Shown here: positions 54,579 through 56,695 of the stretch, in pieces
How positions within the stretch are numbered: the stretch's first letter is position 1
How the letters are laid out: each line of letters opens with the position of its first letter
Assembly (NCBI GenBank): GCA_013416795.1
Contig: RQSC01000005.1
Coordinates: 6,928-63,622 of the forward strand
Source: Prasinococcaceae sp. CCMP 1430
Lineage: Eukaryota; Plantae; Prasinodermophyta
DNA length: 56,695 nucleotides
Reading direction: 5' to 3'
Program-made: the position numbers and the translations under genes
The notes under the pieces: model-generated
The model's database searches: none
What the model was told of the DNA's origin: nothing
The model's input: the letters and a program-made list of their open reading frames with translations, nothing else

Positions 54579-56183
54579 ATGTCGAGCGTTCAGCAGGTGA
54601 ACCCCAATGCCGAGGTGATGAAGAGCGCCTCGGCGCTCTTCATGAACATCAACGCCGCAAAGGGCCTGTACGACGTGATGAAGACCAACCTTGGCCCGCG
54701 CGGCACGATCAAGATGCTCGTGGGTGGCGCCGGCGACATCAAGCTGACCAAGGATGGCAACATCCTGCTGCGCGAGATGCAGATCCAGAACCCGACCGCC
54801 GTCATGATCGCTCGGTGCGCCGTCGCTCAGGACGAGGTGACGGGCGATGGCACCACCACGTGCGTGCTGCTCATCGGCGCTCTCATGAAGGGAGCCGAGC
54901 GCCACCTCGGCGAGGGCGTGCACGCGCGCGTGCTCGCGCAGGGCTACGAGACGGCTGCGAAGGCCACCATCGAGTTCCTGGAGAACTTCAAGGTCAAGTG
55001 CGAGGACCCTGACAAGGAGCTGCTCACGTGCGTGGCGCGCTCGTCGCTGCGGACCAAGGTGTACGAGGAGCTGGCGGAGAAACTCACCAACATGGTGACC
55101 GACGCCGTCCTGTGCGTGCGCAGGCCAGACGAGCCGCTCGACCTGCACATGGTGGAGATCATGACGATGAAGCACCGCGTCGACCTCGAATCGCGGCTCA
55201 TCCGCGGCCTGGTCCTGGATCACGGGTGCCGCCACCCGGACATGCCCAAGCGCCTGGAGAACTGCTTCATCCTCACCTGCAACATCTCGCTCGAGTACGA
55301 GAAGTCGGAGGTGAACTCGGGCTTCTTCTACTCGAGCGCTGAGCAGCGCGAGTCGATGGTGGCGGCGGAGCGTGAGTACACCGACAAGCGCGTGCGCGAG
55401 GTCATCGCGCTCAAGAAGAGGGTGTGCGATGGCACCGACAAGACCTTTGTCGTGATCAATCAGAAGGGCATCGACCCGCTGTCGCTTGATCTGCTCGCCA
55501 AAGAGGGCATCATGGCGCTGCGCCGCTGCAAGCGCCGCAACATGGAGCGCCTGGTGCTGGCGTGTGGCGGCGAGGCGGTGAACCAGATCGATCCGGAGAT
55601 GGGCGAGGAGATCCTCGGCTACGCCGGGTGCGTCTACGAGCACACCCTCGGCGAGGATGTCTTCACCTTCGTGGAGGACTGCAAGGAGGGCCGCAGCTGC
55701 ACGCTGCTGCTCAAGGGGCCCAACGATCACACCATCGCGCAGATGAAGGACGCCGTGCGCGACGGCCTGCGCGCGGTGAAGAACGTGATCGACGACAAGG
55801 GTTACCTGCCCGGTGCCGGCGCGTTCGAGGTGGCCGCGTCACAGCACCTCCTGACCAAGATCAGGCCCACGGTCAAGGGACGCGCCAAGCTCGGCGTGGC
55901 GGCGTTCGCGGAGGCGCTGCTGACCGTGCCCAAGACGCTGGCGGAGACTGGTGGCTTCGACGCGCAGGACACGGTCATTGCGGTGCAGGACGAGCACGAG
56001 AAGGGCAACGTCACGGGCGTGGACGTGCACACCGGCGAGCCGATGGACCCGGTGGCGGAGGGTGTATACGACTGCTTCATCGTCAAGAAGCAGCTGCTCG
56101 CGGCCGCGCCGGTGATCGCGCAGCAGCTGCTGCTGGTGGACGAGGTCATGCGCGCGGGCATGAACATGCGCAAGCGCGGCTAG
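54579..56183 (+). CDS. CCT6: T-complex protein 1 subunit zeta (CCT6)
   Basis: [85 protein letters not shown]. Confidence 0.98.
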   Translation: MSSVQQVNPNAEVMKSASALFMNINAAKGLYDVMKTNLGPRGTIKMLVGGAGDIKLTKDGNILLREMQIQNPTAVMIARCAVAQDEVTGDGTTTCVLLIGALMKGAERHLGEGVHARVLAQGYETAAKATIEFLENFKVKCEDPDKELLTCVARSSLRTKVYEELAEKLTNMVTDAVLCVRRPDEPLDLHMVEIMTMKHRVDLESRLIRGLVLDHGCRHPDMPKRLENCFILTCNISLEYEKSEVNSGFFYSSAEQRESMVAAEREYTDKRVREVIALKKRVCDGTDKTFVVINQKGIDPLSLDLLAKEGIMALRRCKRRNMERLVLACGGEAVNQIDPEMGEEILGYAGCVYEHTLGEDVFTFVEDCKEGRSCTLLLKGPNDHTIAQMKDAVRDGLRAVKNVIDDKGYLPGAGAFEVAASQHLLTKIRPTVKGRAKLGVAAFAEALLTVPKTLAETGGFDAQDTVIAVQDEHEKGNVTGVDVHTGEPMDPVAEGVYDCFIVKKQLLAAAPVIAQQLLLVDEVMRAGMNMRKRG

Positions 56184-56695
56184 GCGCCCTCCACCCCCTC
56201 CCCCCATCACCAATAACAAACACACATTCGTAGCGCGACGCGAGCAGTTGCGTCACGCGAGGCGCCCGGCGTGCGGCCCAGCGGGCGCCCAGCGAGCGCC
56301 CTCCGTCCAGGCCCGCGGGCGAAGTCTGCGGCGCCATTCGCCGGTTTCTTCTCTTCCGTCGCCTTTTCGCGTCGTTGTCTGCTTTTTTGCCCGTGTGTTT
56401 GCGTGCCTGTTTTCGTCGGGGCCCCTTTTTCGAACCCGTTCGGCGGCAGCGCGCCTCGAGCGCATCGCCCCGGTGTGCTCGCCGGCGGCTCCGGCACCCC
56501 GAGCCCCGACAATCGCGCTTCGGCGGCCGCGCGCAGCGGGCGCCGCAGGTTTGTACTCTTGTTTAAATCCGCGGCCGGCGGGCGCGGGACATTTCGCGAG
56601 CGCGTTCGCGCGAATTTCGAGCGCGCGCGCTCAGAGGCAGAGGCAGAGGCGTCGGCGGGGCGGGAAAGGGGGGGGGGGGGGCGGAGGGGCCACAC

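Overview
High-GC eukaryotic nuclear DNA from a green alga. It looks prasinophyte- or prasinodermophyte-like, inferred from plastid-targeted CcdA, cpFtsY and GatC, a selenocysteine GPX, flagellar outer-arm dynein IC, TTTAGGG-type repeats and short GT(GCGC)..CAG introns full of (GC)n runs. The window is gene-dense and comes from a draft assembly with two 214-N gaps and five single Ns; several genes break off at those Ns or at (GC)n/(GCC)n/poly-G runs. Recognisable genes, in order: DTW-domain protein, RRM protein, CcdA, BOP1, eIF6, an unknown protein, NDUFAF7/MidA-like methyltransferase, SOS1-like cytosolic region, cpFtsY, Sec-GPX with SECIS, PhyH-type dioxygenase, GatC, uL13, gamma-COP, UBA5, PH-RCC1 protein, sulfotransferase, multi-TM SNase nuclease, DnaJ, Strawberry notch, bS18, dynein IC1/IC78, PLAT-PP2C and CCT6. 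The most interesting signals are: (1) an accessory-looking block at about 35-46 kb, with an intronless membrane-anchored bacterial-type nuclease next to a retrotransposon-endonuclease-like remnant, a diverged direct repeat flanking DnaJ+Strawberry notch, and duplicated terminal exons; (2) a signal-anchored selenoprotein GPX that the ORF track misses; (3) a candidate intronic H/ACA snoRNA; (4) a PLAT-PP2C fusion; (5) a nested palindrome array at 51.3 kb. All family calls come from motif recognition by eye; no searches were run.
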